In this document: positions 38,881 through 49,945 of the stretch, one piece after another | Numbering within the stretch: position 1 is the stretch's first letter | Layout of the letters: each line of letters opens with the position of its first letter | DNA from: Epiperipatus broadwayi | Lineage: Eukaryota > Animalia > Onychophora | NCBI GenBank assembly: GCA_028023455.1 | Contig: JAQFVV010000009.1 | Span: forward strand, 1,674,001 to 1,738,000 | Length of the DNA: 64,000 nucleotides | Direction: 5' to 3' | Position numbers and translations under genes: made by a program | Notes under the pieces: generated by a model | Told to the model about the DNA's origin: nothing | Seen by the model: the letters and a program-made list of their open reading frames with translations, nothing else | The model's database searches: none

Positions 38881-39619
38881 ATATTAGCTTGGATATGATG
38901 CCATCCAAAGTAAATGACCAGGTTTCTTTAAAGGTTAATTCCATTACAAGCTTAAATAATAATGATAGATGTAAGATTTTACCATTAGAAGTAAAACCTT
39001 TAAAATATAAATGGTTTCATTTCCATGAAATATGCAGTTGTGAATGTAGGTACATTGACTGAGGACATGAGAATTTGTCTTGATTACTATGTAAGGCCAA
39101 TAATATGTGTTGTATTTGTGGGATTAGTGATTTAGAAAATATAATTATCGCAAGGCCTCAACCAAATGCATCAGTTGTTATGGATATAAATAGTAAATAT
39201 CCACTTTTATGATTATATTCGTAATTTTATCTGATATAAAGAATCAATATCAGAAATAAAAATTGGATTTTATTTGTCAAAATTTATGCAACTTATATAA
39301 CACTATAGATTTATTTTTCAAGTATCCCATTAGAATGAAATGTAAAGGTGCTAATGAATATAATTATTATGGGATATTTGTCTTATTAATTTTAGTAAGT
39401 TTGGCTAATTTTTTTTATAAAAGACAATTGTACATAATTATTGACTTCATTGTTGTGGTTTAATTTTAATTAACCATGAATTATTCATAGAATATTCAGT
39501 TGGTCATGATAATCTTATGTTGTTTTGAATTGATTTCTTTATTTTTAAGGGTAGGGGAATATGTGATGTTGTCATCTATAGTTTTCTTGTAATATATAAA
39601 TAACTAAATAAAGAAAATA

Positions 39620-40225
39620 ATTAAAAGTCATCTGTTTAATAAAAAATATTTATTGCTTTGAATGAATCTGAAATAAATGAACCTTTTATTTATTAAATTT
39701 TAAAATGAATTGCTAAGTGATAACAATGCCTTATTAGAATTAGAAGAGAGTCACTTGATCAAAAGTCCATGTTTAAAAAAGGAAGACTGTTTTGTGTTGC
39801 TATAGCTACAGAAACAATTTTTTTTAGCAAGAAGACATTCTTTTGTTTAAAAATTTTAACTTTTTATAAATATATTCAGGACATAGAGCAAAGAAATATG
39901 CATTAGGGAGCATGAGATCCCTCTTCATTTGGTATCTTCATGATTAAAATGAAATAGATATTACAAATGCTATTATGACCATCATAGAGCTAATATAATT
40001 AAATTCACCTGAATTGTAATATTAACAGGAATAATAATTAGATGTCATCTAATGATTCAAATTGCTTGTGGATCCCTATCTTTGGGTTTTGCTAGCAAAA
40101 AGATATCAAAGGAAATACTATCAAATAATAGAATATCAACTGAAGTCATATACAGGCAAAACTGATAACAGATGCTAATAAAAACATCCTTTTAAATCAA
40201 CACTGTTAGATAAATTTTATAAATT
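39620..40225. repeat. Dispersed ~650-bp repeat, copy 2
   Basis: Colinear with 33100-33745. Confidence 0.8.
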
Positions 40226-40369
40226 TATTTATTGAAGTTTTTTAAAATTATTTTAGTAGTGTTCTGATCTATTACGTCAGCTGCTTGATAGCATTGATGC
40301 TAAGCAAAAATGCAGATATAATGTTTCTGGGCCAGCAGTTCTATAGAACTATTGACTTTATTTTTGGAA

Positions 40370-41035
40370 TAGGAAATAAAAGTAAATTATATTAAGATTG
40401 CAATAAAATTGAAAAAATTCAAACAAAATATAAAAATGTAAGCCAACTTTTTGGGACAATAATTAATCAGAGACTGGCTTTTTTTTGGTGTGTGTGTCAA
40501 TAAAAAATTATGTTCCTTTTGAATAGCAAATAATAGTACATTAGAGATTTTTTTGGACAGTAATTAATCAGAGATTGACTTTTTTGGGTATGTGTGTGTG
40601 GATATAAAAAGTTATGTTTCTTTTTTAATAGAAAATAAGAGTAAATTTTAGCCTTTTTGGGACCTCAATCGGACACTGTGTTTTGAAATCAAAGTCAATT
40701 AGATTACAGCTTCCACAAAATTTAACAAATTCAAACAAAATTTTACAATGAAAGCTGACTTTGATCTTTTTGGGAAAGTAATTAACCAGAGTGGCACTTT
40801 TTTGTGTGTGTGTATCCATAAAAAGTTACATTACTTTTTTAATAACAAGTAATAGTAAATATAGTGGAAACTTATTTGGACAGTAATTAATCAAAGATGG
40901 GCTTTTTTGGCTATGTGGATCGGAAAAGTTACAATACTTTTTGTAATAAAAAATAAAAGTAAATTTTATCCTTTTTTGGACAATAATTAATCAGACACTG
41001 CATTTTGGGGGGATAAAATAAATTAGATTGCAATT
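40370..41035. repeat. Minisatellite of ~105-bp monomers arranged as a 3-mer higher-order repeat
   Basis: TTTTGGRACARTAATTAATCAGA-like starts near 40450, 40553, 40657, 40765, 40874 and 40975; every third monomer is a distinct variant. Confidence 0.75.
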
Positions 41036-43786
41036 TACCCACTAAAGTTAATAATTATAACAAACTATTAAAATGAAATCTGACTCCAGTGTCTGGCAAT
41101 TGCCAATGTTCAGAGTTTGAAGCAGCCATCTTACTTGTCTTGGACAATTTCTCGCAGATACATTACTTTCGTCGGGATCTTTGAAATAGTGCTGTGTTGC
41201 ACCTAAATTGCAATTTGTGAGGGTTACCCAGTCCTGATGGAACAGTGATGACACTGTTAAAACTGTTAGAAGGTACCAGTAGGTCAGTTCATATGAAAAA
41301 AAAGTTGGTCCTGAAAAGTTTAATTATTTAGACATGATGCAGTCAACACACCCTCACATGATACTGTAGTGAAAATAGATAACCCAGCATTATGATAAAG
41401 TATTAACACAAGCAACTATCACAGCCAATGAAAGCATTTTCTTGCTTTTAGCATAGAAAAAAGCCACAGCAGTAGCCAAGTTAATGGAGTCTTTCTGTGT
41501 TTTATTGTAAAAAAAGGCTGTCTGCTTGGCTGTGGCTGTGGAAATAGCATATTTCTAGAAATTTAGTTAGAAATAGCACCACCAAGTGGCTGACACGATA
41601 GAAGAACACTACCATTATTTCCATTAGTACAATTGCATTTATTATCCTGCTGCTTAGCTGTTGAAGAAAGAGCAGCCCAAACTTAATCCAGCTGATACCA
41701 ATCTATTGAAGAGAATAGTTTAAATCAAGCTTTCAGCACGAGTTTAGCCTTAAAATGGTTTGTACAATGAAAACCATATGCTCGATTTAGCTAAAAACTA
41801 GGCACCATCTTCCTCCATGTAACCTACCTACAATCTTGCCTGCAACAAAAAGCATTAGTCTGTCTACATCGGTCTCACCTGGAAATTCAAGAGAACAAAA
41901 TGGACAGAAATGTGTTATTTTCATGCATCTGGAATCGCTACAGACCCAGGAAATGACAAATTTAACCAGGCCCATATTTAGAAACCTTCAAGGAGAAACT
42001 TGGAAAAAACTGAAATTGCAACTAGAAAGGCCTCTATAGACAAGAAAACAATGGCTAGATGTATTTTTGTTGTTTGCACACTATTTATGATTAGAGGTAT
42101 TTTTGTTGTTTGCACACTATTTTTATTGTTTTAATAGCATTTTTTTTGTTTCATAAAAGTAATAATTGGTTTTTGCATTATATAATAATTGATAATAGTA
42201 AATACAAGTTAAATTATTTCAAATTGTTGGACATTTTTGTTTTTCTTTTTTGTATAAAATCCAGTCAAATTTCTCTTACAAATAGTGAAATAGTTTTCAA
42301 AGGAAAAAAAAAATCTGTTGTAAAGTTTTTTTTTCTTGCTTAGCTGAATCAAAGATTGTTATCTTTGATTAAATATTTTAAAGAAATTGAATCAAAGATT
42401 GTTATCTTTGATTTTGAAAATATTTAATAAACTTAGTTATTTTTCAAGATAAAACCTAATAAATTTATAGTTAATCCATGAATAAAAATTAATTGGTTAG
42501 TTAATACAGTTTTTATAAATATATATATATTTTGATGAAATGAGTATTTGGAATGTCATATTATCATTCCATTTTTTTTTGTTAATTACATATTAAATAA
42601 TTGTTTTAAAAATATTTTTTTAGTCATCTTTTTTATTCTATCCACTTCCTGTTTTATAAAGTGCAGTGTGTATATGACCTTATTTCATGATAGTTTATAT
42701 TCTAGGATTTAGTTTTTTTTTTTATGATTCCAATAAAACTACTTGTTTATCATTACGGGAAAGTCTCATGACTTGCTTAAAGTTATTTATAATAAGCTAA
42801 TCTATTTATTTATTTCCCTCTTGCTCACAGTAATAAACTAGATCTTTTGCTTCCTGAGCTAGACTTGTGCGTAACAGCTATATGAGACAGAGGAGTATAT
42901 GTATTTAGTGAATGGGTATCGCATGATGATGATGATTCTGGATTGTCATGAGTATATTCAAAGTCCATGCACTATATTTTATTTAGTTTAGTCTATTAGA
43001 AATTACGTTTATAGTTGGCTTGTATATCAGTGGTACTAATTGGCCAGAGTATTGATGATGATCAGCATGTTTTAATGTCCCAGCATTATTGTTTCTCTGG
43101 TTATATATTTGGATGGATTAGCACTTAAGTTTGTGCTTCAAAATTAAGGTTTAAATAATTGCCCCAAGCTGGCAACAGCTCAACAGTCAGACCCTCTTTT
43201 AATCCAGTCACCAGATTGACTTGATTTATTTTTGATTGGTAATCATTCATAATTGATGAATGATTATTACTTTTGGATAGTGCTAATGAACTTATAGTTA
43301 GATGTGCTAATATCAGAGAGTGACCTATTATGCTCATCCTTTATTATATTAAATTTTATATAATCTTTTTTTATTTGAGGATAAACAAACAATTCTTCAG
43401 ATCCCTGATGGTTTAAACCCTGATTTTTTATAGTGTTACAAGTGGTGACCCAATTTTGGGTTGTTGATGATCATGTTCTGGTAATACTCATCTCAGGTAT
43501 GTCCCCTTATTTCCCTGTAGTTTTACAATATATACTTTAAAAAGTAGCAATATTAAAATTTTTGACTGTTAAAAGGATTTATCTTTAACTCTTTCATGAC
43601 TCTGCTTTCTAATTTAAATGTAAGAGGAGGGGAGATAAATTATAAAATATATGATAGATTAGATTGCAGTTGGTAAATTAGAATTATAATCTTTATTTTA
43701 TCCCTTTCAATGAATTAATGCTTATTTCAATAAATTTATATTATTAACCTAAGTCCTTTGATTTGCTTATTGCATTAATCATTATT

Positions 43787-45036
43787 GTACCGGTCGAAAT
43801 TGTATGTTATCTCAATACAATTCACAGTATGGGTAAAAGTATCTTGAATCCAACCATACATGAGATCAAAGATAAAGAATACTTATGGATTCTGCCCTGT
43901 TTACCCATTCTCTAAATCTGCAAACTAATTAACAACATTTTCGAGGCAAGCAATTAATCTTTTCCACACTCCGACCCACTAGCATCAATGGTAGAGCATG
44001 AGCCTCAACTAATTTGTATATCTAACTCTAATTATTAACTTTAATTAGACTACTTATTTAAATATAAAATGGTATGTGTGTGGACCTTAAGTCATCAAAT
44101 AGCAGCACAATAATTAATTAGAAAATACTAATTTTAGAATGAAGGAATAGAGAGGAACCACAGGTAGCTTAAATTCACAGATATATATTTAATAAAACAT
44201 TTTGATAATTTATCTAATAGTCTCTGATTTGATTTCATAAATTATTTAACACACATTTCTATTCTGTCATTTATTATGCCTCTGGCGAGAGAGCAGTATA
44301 GTTTATATGCCAACATAACAAATGTCATGATTAGCGATTTATGGAAGGTGCCCGCCCAAGTCTGAGATATCGGAATGGATATTTTAAAGAGCTATTTTAA
44401 ACTGAATTTTCTTATGATTGAATTTATTTTAAGAGAGAAATGATTAACTCAAACTATAGGAACTGGTGTCGGAGAGAGTGACACATTTAAAATATAAATG
44501 GATCGCGATATTCGCACATAAATATTTCAAGATTTAAAATACATAAATTAATTAGATCATGGTCAATCCACCACAATGTGCTCAGACAAAAAATTAAATT
44601 CCAGCATTCGATATTACATTACCAGCATAGACTCAATTCACCCGTTTCCATGACATCAAGAAATAAAGAAAGAACGGTCTGTGCCATGGGCAAACCTAAA
44701 ATATTTCAGGTGAAAGAATGAGAATTGCCAAGGCTAGCTGAGCTTAGTTTACCCTGGTTCTTCAACATTTTTGACTTTCATATCCTGATAAATCATGGCC
44801 AGTGAAATTATCACATGGTTTAGCTTTGATCTAGTGATCACAAAGAACAAAAGACAAGTAATCAAGGCAAATGCCGACGAAGCAAAATACGAGTACTGGA
44901 AAATATATTTTAGCATTTATATATATTATTGTGCTGAGCTAAAGATTATACAAATGTTATACGGATTGACCAACATCAGATAAACAATAATAAAATAAGC
45001 ATTAATTATTATTACGAATATTTGTAATGAGCGACA
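43787..45036 (-). mobile_element. Putative LTR (TG...CA), with a PPT-like tract at 45038-45050 on the minus strand
   Basis: Begins TGTACC exactly where similarity to the 36.2-37.1 kb repeat breaks. Ends GCGACA, next to minus-strand GAAGGGAGAGA. CpG-retaining. No partner LTR seen. Confidence 0.4.
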
Positions 45037-45248
45037 CGTCTCTCCCTTCAACACAAAATCCCACTACCATTTCAAATGACATTCTATTTCTCTCCTATTA
45101 TTTAACATGAATATAATTATATAAACCCGCTCCTTTTCACTCTTTAAAAATGAAATAATTAAATTAAATAAAACCTCATGCTTGAATCTAGCATCTCCCC
45201 CACAACTAAATGTGTATGTATAAATATAAAAAACACATAATATAAAAT

Positions 45249-45388
45249 GGTTTCATCTCGACAAAACAAAGGTCACTCCAAAATCTTCAGAGCTAGAGAA
45301 TTATTATTTTTATTTACTGACAAACATTGGTCTGGAAATAGGCAGCAAAATATTTATTTAAATAAAGCTTTTGTCGAGATGGAACAAG
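45249..45388. mobile_element. Tiny element with ~17-bp terminal inverted repeats
   Basis: GTTTCATCTCGACAAAA ... TTTTGTCGAGATGGAAC. Confidence 0.45.
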
Positions 45389-47222
45389 ATTGGCATATAT
45401 TCATTTCATTTTAAGTAATTAATAATAATATTTTCTAAACCGCAATTACAAGGAAGTTTAGCATTAAGAGGTATAATTTTAAAACAGATAGAAAGAGAGC
45501 AAAGACATTAGATTTTAAGTAATAGCAAGTATATTTTTACAGAATATTAAGTTACATTTAAATTACATTATGGGGATTACATTTTTAGAAGACATTACAA
45601 TTATCAGGATTTACATTATTGGGTCACTGGAGTTTTAGAAGAATAAATTAGGCAGTTAGAAATAACAAATTAAAAACATATTACCTAATTTATTATGAGT
45701 CCGAGTGGATGTTGGAATCCCACGATGAAAACTGAATTTCCGCACAGGCCTAACTAGCTATGAATTGAATAAAAGAGTTCAACAGTTCAGCAGTTCATTT
45801 TTATGAGGTTTCTCCGGCTTATGGTATTTTGATGATCATGTTTAGGACATGGGAGATGGGCAGGTTGACATCATCTACTTTGCTAACATTCTTCAGAACA
45901 TTTTTATCATTATTTTAAAAATTTGACTGATGTGGATTCGCCAGGCAATTGCTGACAAAAACTGGGACTGGATGACCTCTATTGTTCTCTTTGGCTATTT
46001 ATACCATTTTTAACTATTGGGAAATTCCCTTTTTCATATGTCCAGGCTAAGTGGCTATGTTGGAATACCTAAAGTATATTTGTATTGTATTCTTGAGATC
46101 AACTCTCTCGATAAACCCAATGATTTAATTGTTTCAAATCTATTTTTAATTAAATGTAGATTAGCAGAATTTATACTTTAAATTATCTTTTCTATTTTAA
46201 TTTTACTTTAATTAGAAAATTCATTATCATTTTGTTAATGGATTTTCTTTTGATAGAACGCTATGGAATGTTAGTAGGGTTTATCGTGAAAGCAAATCTC
46301 CAGAATAAAATACTTAAAAAAAAATATATTAAAAATTTATATATTGATTTTTATAAAAATTTCCGTCTGTAATTCTATATATATGTATTTGCATATCTAT
46401 CTATCTGGGCCTTCTAATATTTATAGTAAAACATTTTAATAGAAAATTAATACTTTAATAACTTATTTACTGGCCTAAAATTTAAATGTAGATAAAATGG
46501 CAGATGGAAAGTTTTACAAACATCGTAACATGCATGGATCAGGTTTGATCCTTATCTAGTAATCTAGAAAGATGTGAAGCATGGATCTGGCCTACAGATC
46601 CTATTGCTTCATTATAAAATTGTTTTATTACATAATTTATTCAACAATTAAGATAATTCGTTGTATAATACTATACTTTATCACCAAATGAGTTATCATT
46701 TACTAAATTTTTTTTTCTTTCTATATTTAAATACACTCGTCTCTGTGAATTCATTAGTGTCTTACAAATTGTATGAATTCACTATAGATTTAAATTTGAA
46801 TTACTATAGGACATTTATTTGTTTATTTATTAGTTATACATTTTAGTTAACCTTTATGCAATATATTTAGATTGCCCAAATATTTAGTGCATAAGTGGAG
46901 AAAATCATTTGGTTCACAGTTTTATTTATTATATGTGGTTGCCCAAATCTATGCGGGACTTGCAGGCCAGTTAGCCCTGCTCAGTTATATTTTTTTGTTA
47001 TATTTATGATTACCCAAATCTGAAAGCTATTCAGTAAACAGAATTTATTTTAACTTTACATTTTGGTAGTCTTTATTAGTTTTCCTTCATATTTTAGCTC
47101 ATCCAACAAGGAAATATTGCTATTCATGAGACAGTGTTGCTTCTTAACCTTGTTCATAGATTTTAGAGAATAATTTCCTTTACAATATATACAGAAGGAT
47201 TCTAGAAGTGTAGAGTAGGTAT

Positions 47223-47613
47223 AAGCCAATAAACATCACATGATCACCTCCTCTTATGCTTGTGTATAACTATAGTTTAAACAGGCAAAACTCACTATAT
47301 ATATTGCCACACATAGCAAGCTAGAGTAATCAATGGATTAAACCAATCCTGCCTAATAGGATAGTGGTGGCTATGGTTATTAAAGAACCAAAGACACCAA
47401 AATGTATGGGTACTGAACTGCGTTCAGACCCCTATGACTATATAAGCTAATGGGCTTGGATTGAAAACATTAAGGGGTTTTCAGTTTAAGACTCATAGTT
47501 TTGTAGTTAAGTGGAGATAAAAGGTGGTTGCTGGGAAGTTGCATTAGATCCTAAAATCTAGATGCAGCTCTCTCAGATCCAAGGCTCCTCACTGACGAAG
47601 GCCATAAGCCAGA
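47223..47613. mobile_element. Hammerhead-unit family copy, inverted (minus arm 47223-47338, plus arm 47339-47613); hammerhead truncated
   Basis: Colinear with the 25.6-26.05 kb unit; ends at CUGACGAAGGCCAUAAGCCAGA before helix III. Confidence 0.85.
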
Positions 47614-47633
47614 TACTTTACTTGAATTATACT

Positions 47634-47737
47634 ATTTTTTTTTTAAGTGTCATAGCATCAGCCGGGATGCGAACCCGCGACCCGGGCAACTGCCTGCAAG
47701 TGCAAGGCAGTTGTTCTGACCTCTCAACCACCAATGC
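47634..47737 (-). mobile_element. tRNA-Gly-derived SINE with polyA tail and TSD
   Basis: Minus strand GCATTGGTGGTTGAGAGGTCAGAA...CCGGGTCGCGGGTTCGCATCCCGGCTGATGC resembles tRNA-Gly(GCC) (GCATTGGTGGTTCAGTGGTAGAA...CCGGGTTCGATTCCCGGCCAATGC). AATTATACTATTTTTT is duplicated on both sides (47625 and 47743). Confidence 0.8.
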
Positions 47738-49319
47738 AAGACAATTATACTATTTTTTCAAATACAGTATACAACTTTGATTTAGGATGGTCTACAAATA
47801 TTGTATTTTCGTGACTTAACATATATTTTTGAATTTATGAGAATGTAATTTCAATTCAGGATCTGTTATCATTGCCAATGGTGCCATTTATCCTTGTGTC
47901 TTTAGCAAGATAATTTTCTGCCAATCATAATATGAATTAGTGAAAAAAAATTATTATTATTTTAAGATTCTGTATGAACTTTTTTGCCTTGGCCATTGAA
48001 TTTCTGGCTATAGTTTCAAAATTTTTGTTGGGAATTTAGTTTGTTTCTAACATTTTACATATTTGAACATTCATTTTTATGTTGTTGTCAAGCTTGAGTC
48101 CCAGACATGTAATCAATAGAGGTTTTTAACTTTAACTATAGCAGGTGTTAAAGAATTTGAGGATAACATTTCAGAAGTATTAGAACATTATCATTTATGA
48201 GGTTATACATTTTTTGGTAATGCTAAAACAAAACTGTTTCTTAATCAAGCCGCTAACTAACAAATTATTTAACTAAATTTATATGACTTGGGCTTCTTGA
48301 TTCATTTCTGCAATTATTTTATCATTAATAGACAATGGGTTTTTTGGATCATTATAATTTACCTTCTTTAGTCTTACATTTCAACAGATATTTTAGAAAA
48401 AAACATTTGCATGATGAATTTTTTTATTTTTAACTTAAATACACAATAATAATAGTGCAACATTGGATTATTTAATATAACCTTAATACATTTTTAATGC
48501 TAAGCATTTGTTTTTAAAGACACACATTTAATGTTTTCAACATTGTACTCATAGCATGTGAAAATATTTTTTCATCTTATTATTCTGGTGCTTAGATAGT
48601 TCAAGACTTATGTAACTTTTATTAAGATGCTTATGAGGAGTTATCAATTTGTAAAAATCTGTTTTCTTTTTGTTTATAAATTAATGAAACAGAATTTCTA
48701 AGTACTTCTTTATTTAACTAACTATAATTTCATTTTGTTTTATATTTATGCTTCAGTAACTTTTTATCTGTCCTGGATATATCATATATTTATTTATTAA
48801 ATGTTCGAAAAATTTTCATGGGAATTATATTAAATATAGTTATTTTGTTTCAATCTTTTCCCATAATTTATCAAACTATCACCAACTTTAAACAAGTATT
48901 TATTACTAATTTACTGTTTTAGAGTTTATCAGTATGCAATAAAATTAAGGATTAATTTTAATTTATGAAACACCAAGTCAATTTTTCTTGAAATATATTG
49001 GATATTATAATGAATATGTCAAAATATTAGTTTACCGAGATCTAGCAGAATACTTTCTTTAAATCTTATAGTGTTATCAGGATCTCTGGAATATTTGTGA
49101 CTGTTGGTAGTGATTCAAAAGTCAAAGCAAACTTTTCACACCTTGATCAACTTTATGAAGAACTATTAAAATATTTCATTTAAACTTTTCTTTATATATT
49201 AGAATCATTGGTTAATTAATTCATTCAAAGTTGTTTCAACTTTTGATCTTGTAACAAAAGAAGTTTATATGGTAATAAATTTTTATTAGTAATTCATTAG
49301 ACTAGAGATTATCCACATA

Positions 49320-49584
49320 ATGAATAATATTTCTATAGTATAATTATCACTCCATCATTCTCACACAAGATAGAGACTGGTTTCTATTCACTTTTAACAT
49401 TTTGAGTTTTGGGGTGCAGTCATAAACATATGACCAAAGGCACATGAAAAAGTAAGTATGAACCCCAAAGATGCATATTTCATGCTGAACCAGGACTTAT
49501 CAAAATGTTAAAAGTGAATAGAAACCAGTTCAATTTTGTGTGAGAATGCTGTAGTGAAAATAATACTACAGAAATATTATTCAT
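49320..49584. mobile_element. MITE/foldback with ~85-bp TIRs and TA flanks (Tc1/mariner-like)
   Basis: ATGAATAATATTTCT...CTGGTTTCTATTCACTTTTAACATTTTGA and its reverse complement at the right end; TA on both sides. Confidence 0.75.
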
Positions 49585-49854
49585 TAGGTTTTATATAATT
49601 TTTCAAACTGTCTGAAGTATATTTTCTTTCAGTAATAACATTACAGGTTTGGTTTAATTATAGATAATTTCAAAGAAAGTAATGCAGAAAACCTGATTGT
49701 CACTTCACTTTTTTTAGTACTGTTATAGTTATTACTAATAGTTTGAATCATTTATGTCTTTGTAAATAAATATGACCATCTGAATTTCAGAAAAAAAAGT
49801 TTGTAAAGACCCTCCAATTCAAAGGGTGAAATACAAATAATATTCTCATACACA

Positions 49855-49945
49855 GAGGCAAAACTCTCTTTACAATAGTGCCAATCAGTGGAGAGTTTTG
49901 CTTCTGTGAAAAACAGAATGGTGATCATGTGATATTTGATGATTT
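49855..49945. mobile_element. Very short degraded inverted relative of the hammerhead-unit family
   Basis: GCAAAACTCTC...GAGAGTTTTGC followed by GAATGGTGATCATGTGAT. Confidence 0.5.

Noticed and set aside
48850-49300. Possible P-element transposase remnant (ANFSHLDQLYEE)
   Set aside because: A single short weak motif with no TIRs or supporting blocks.
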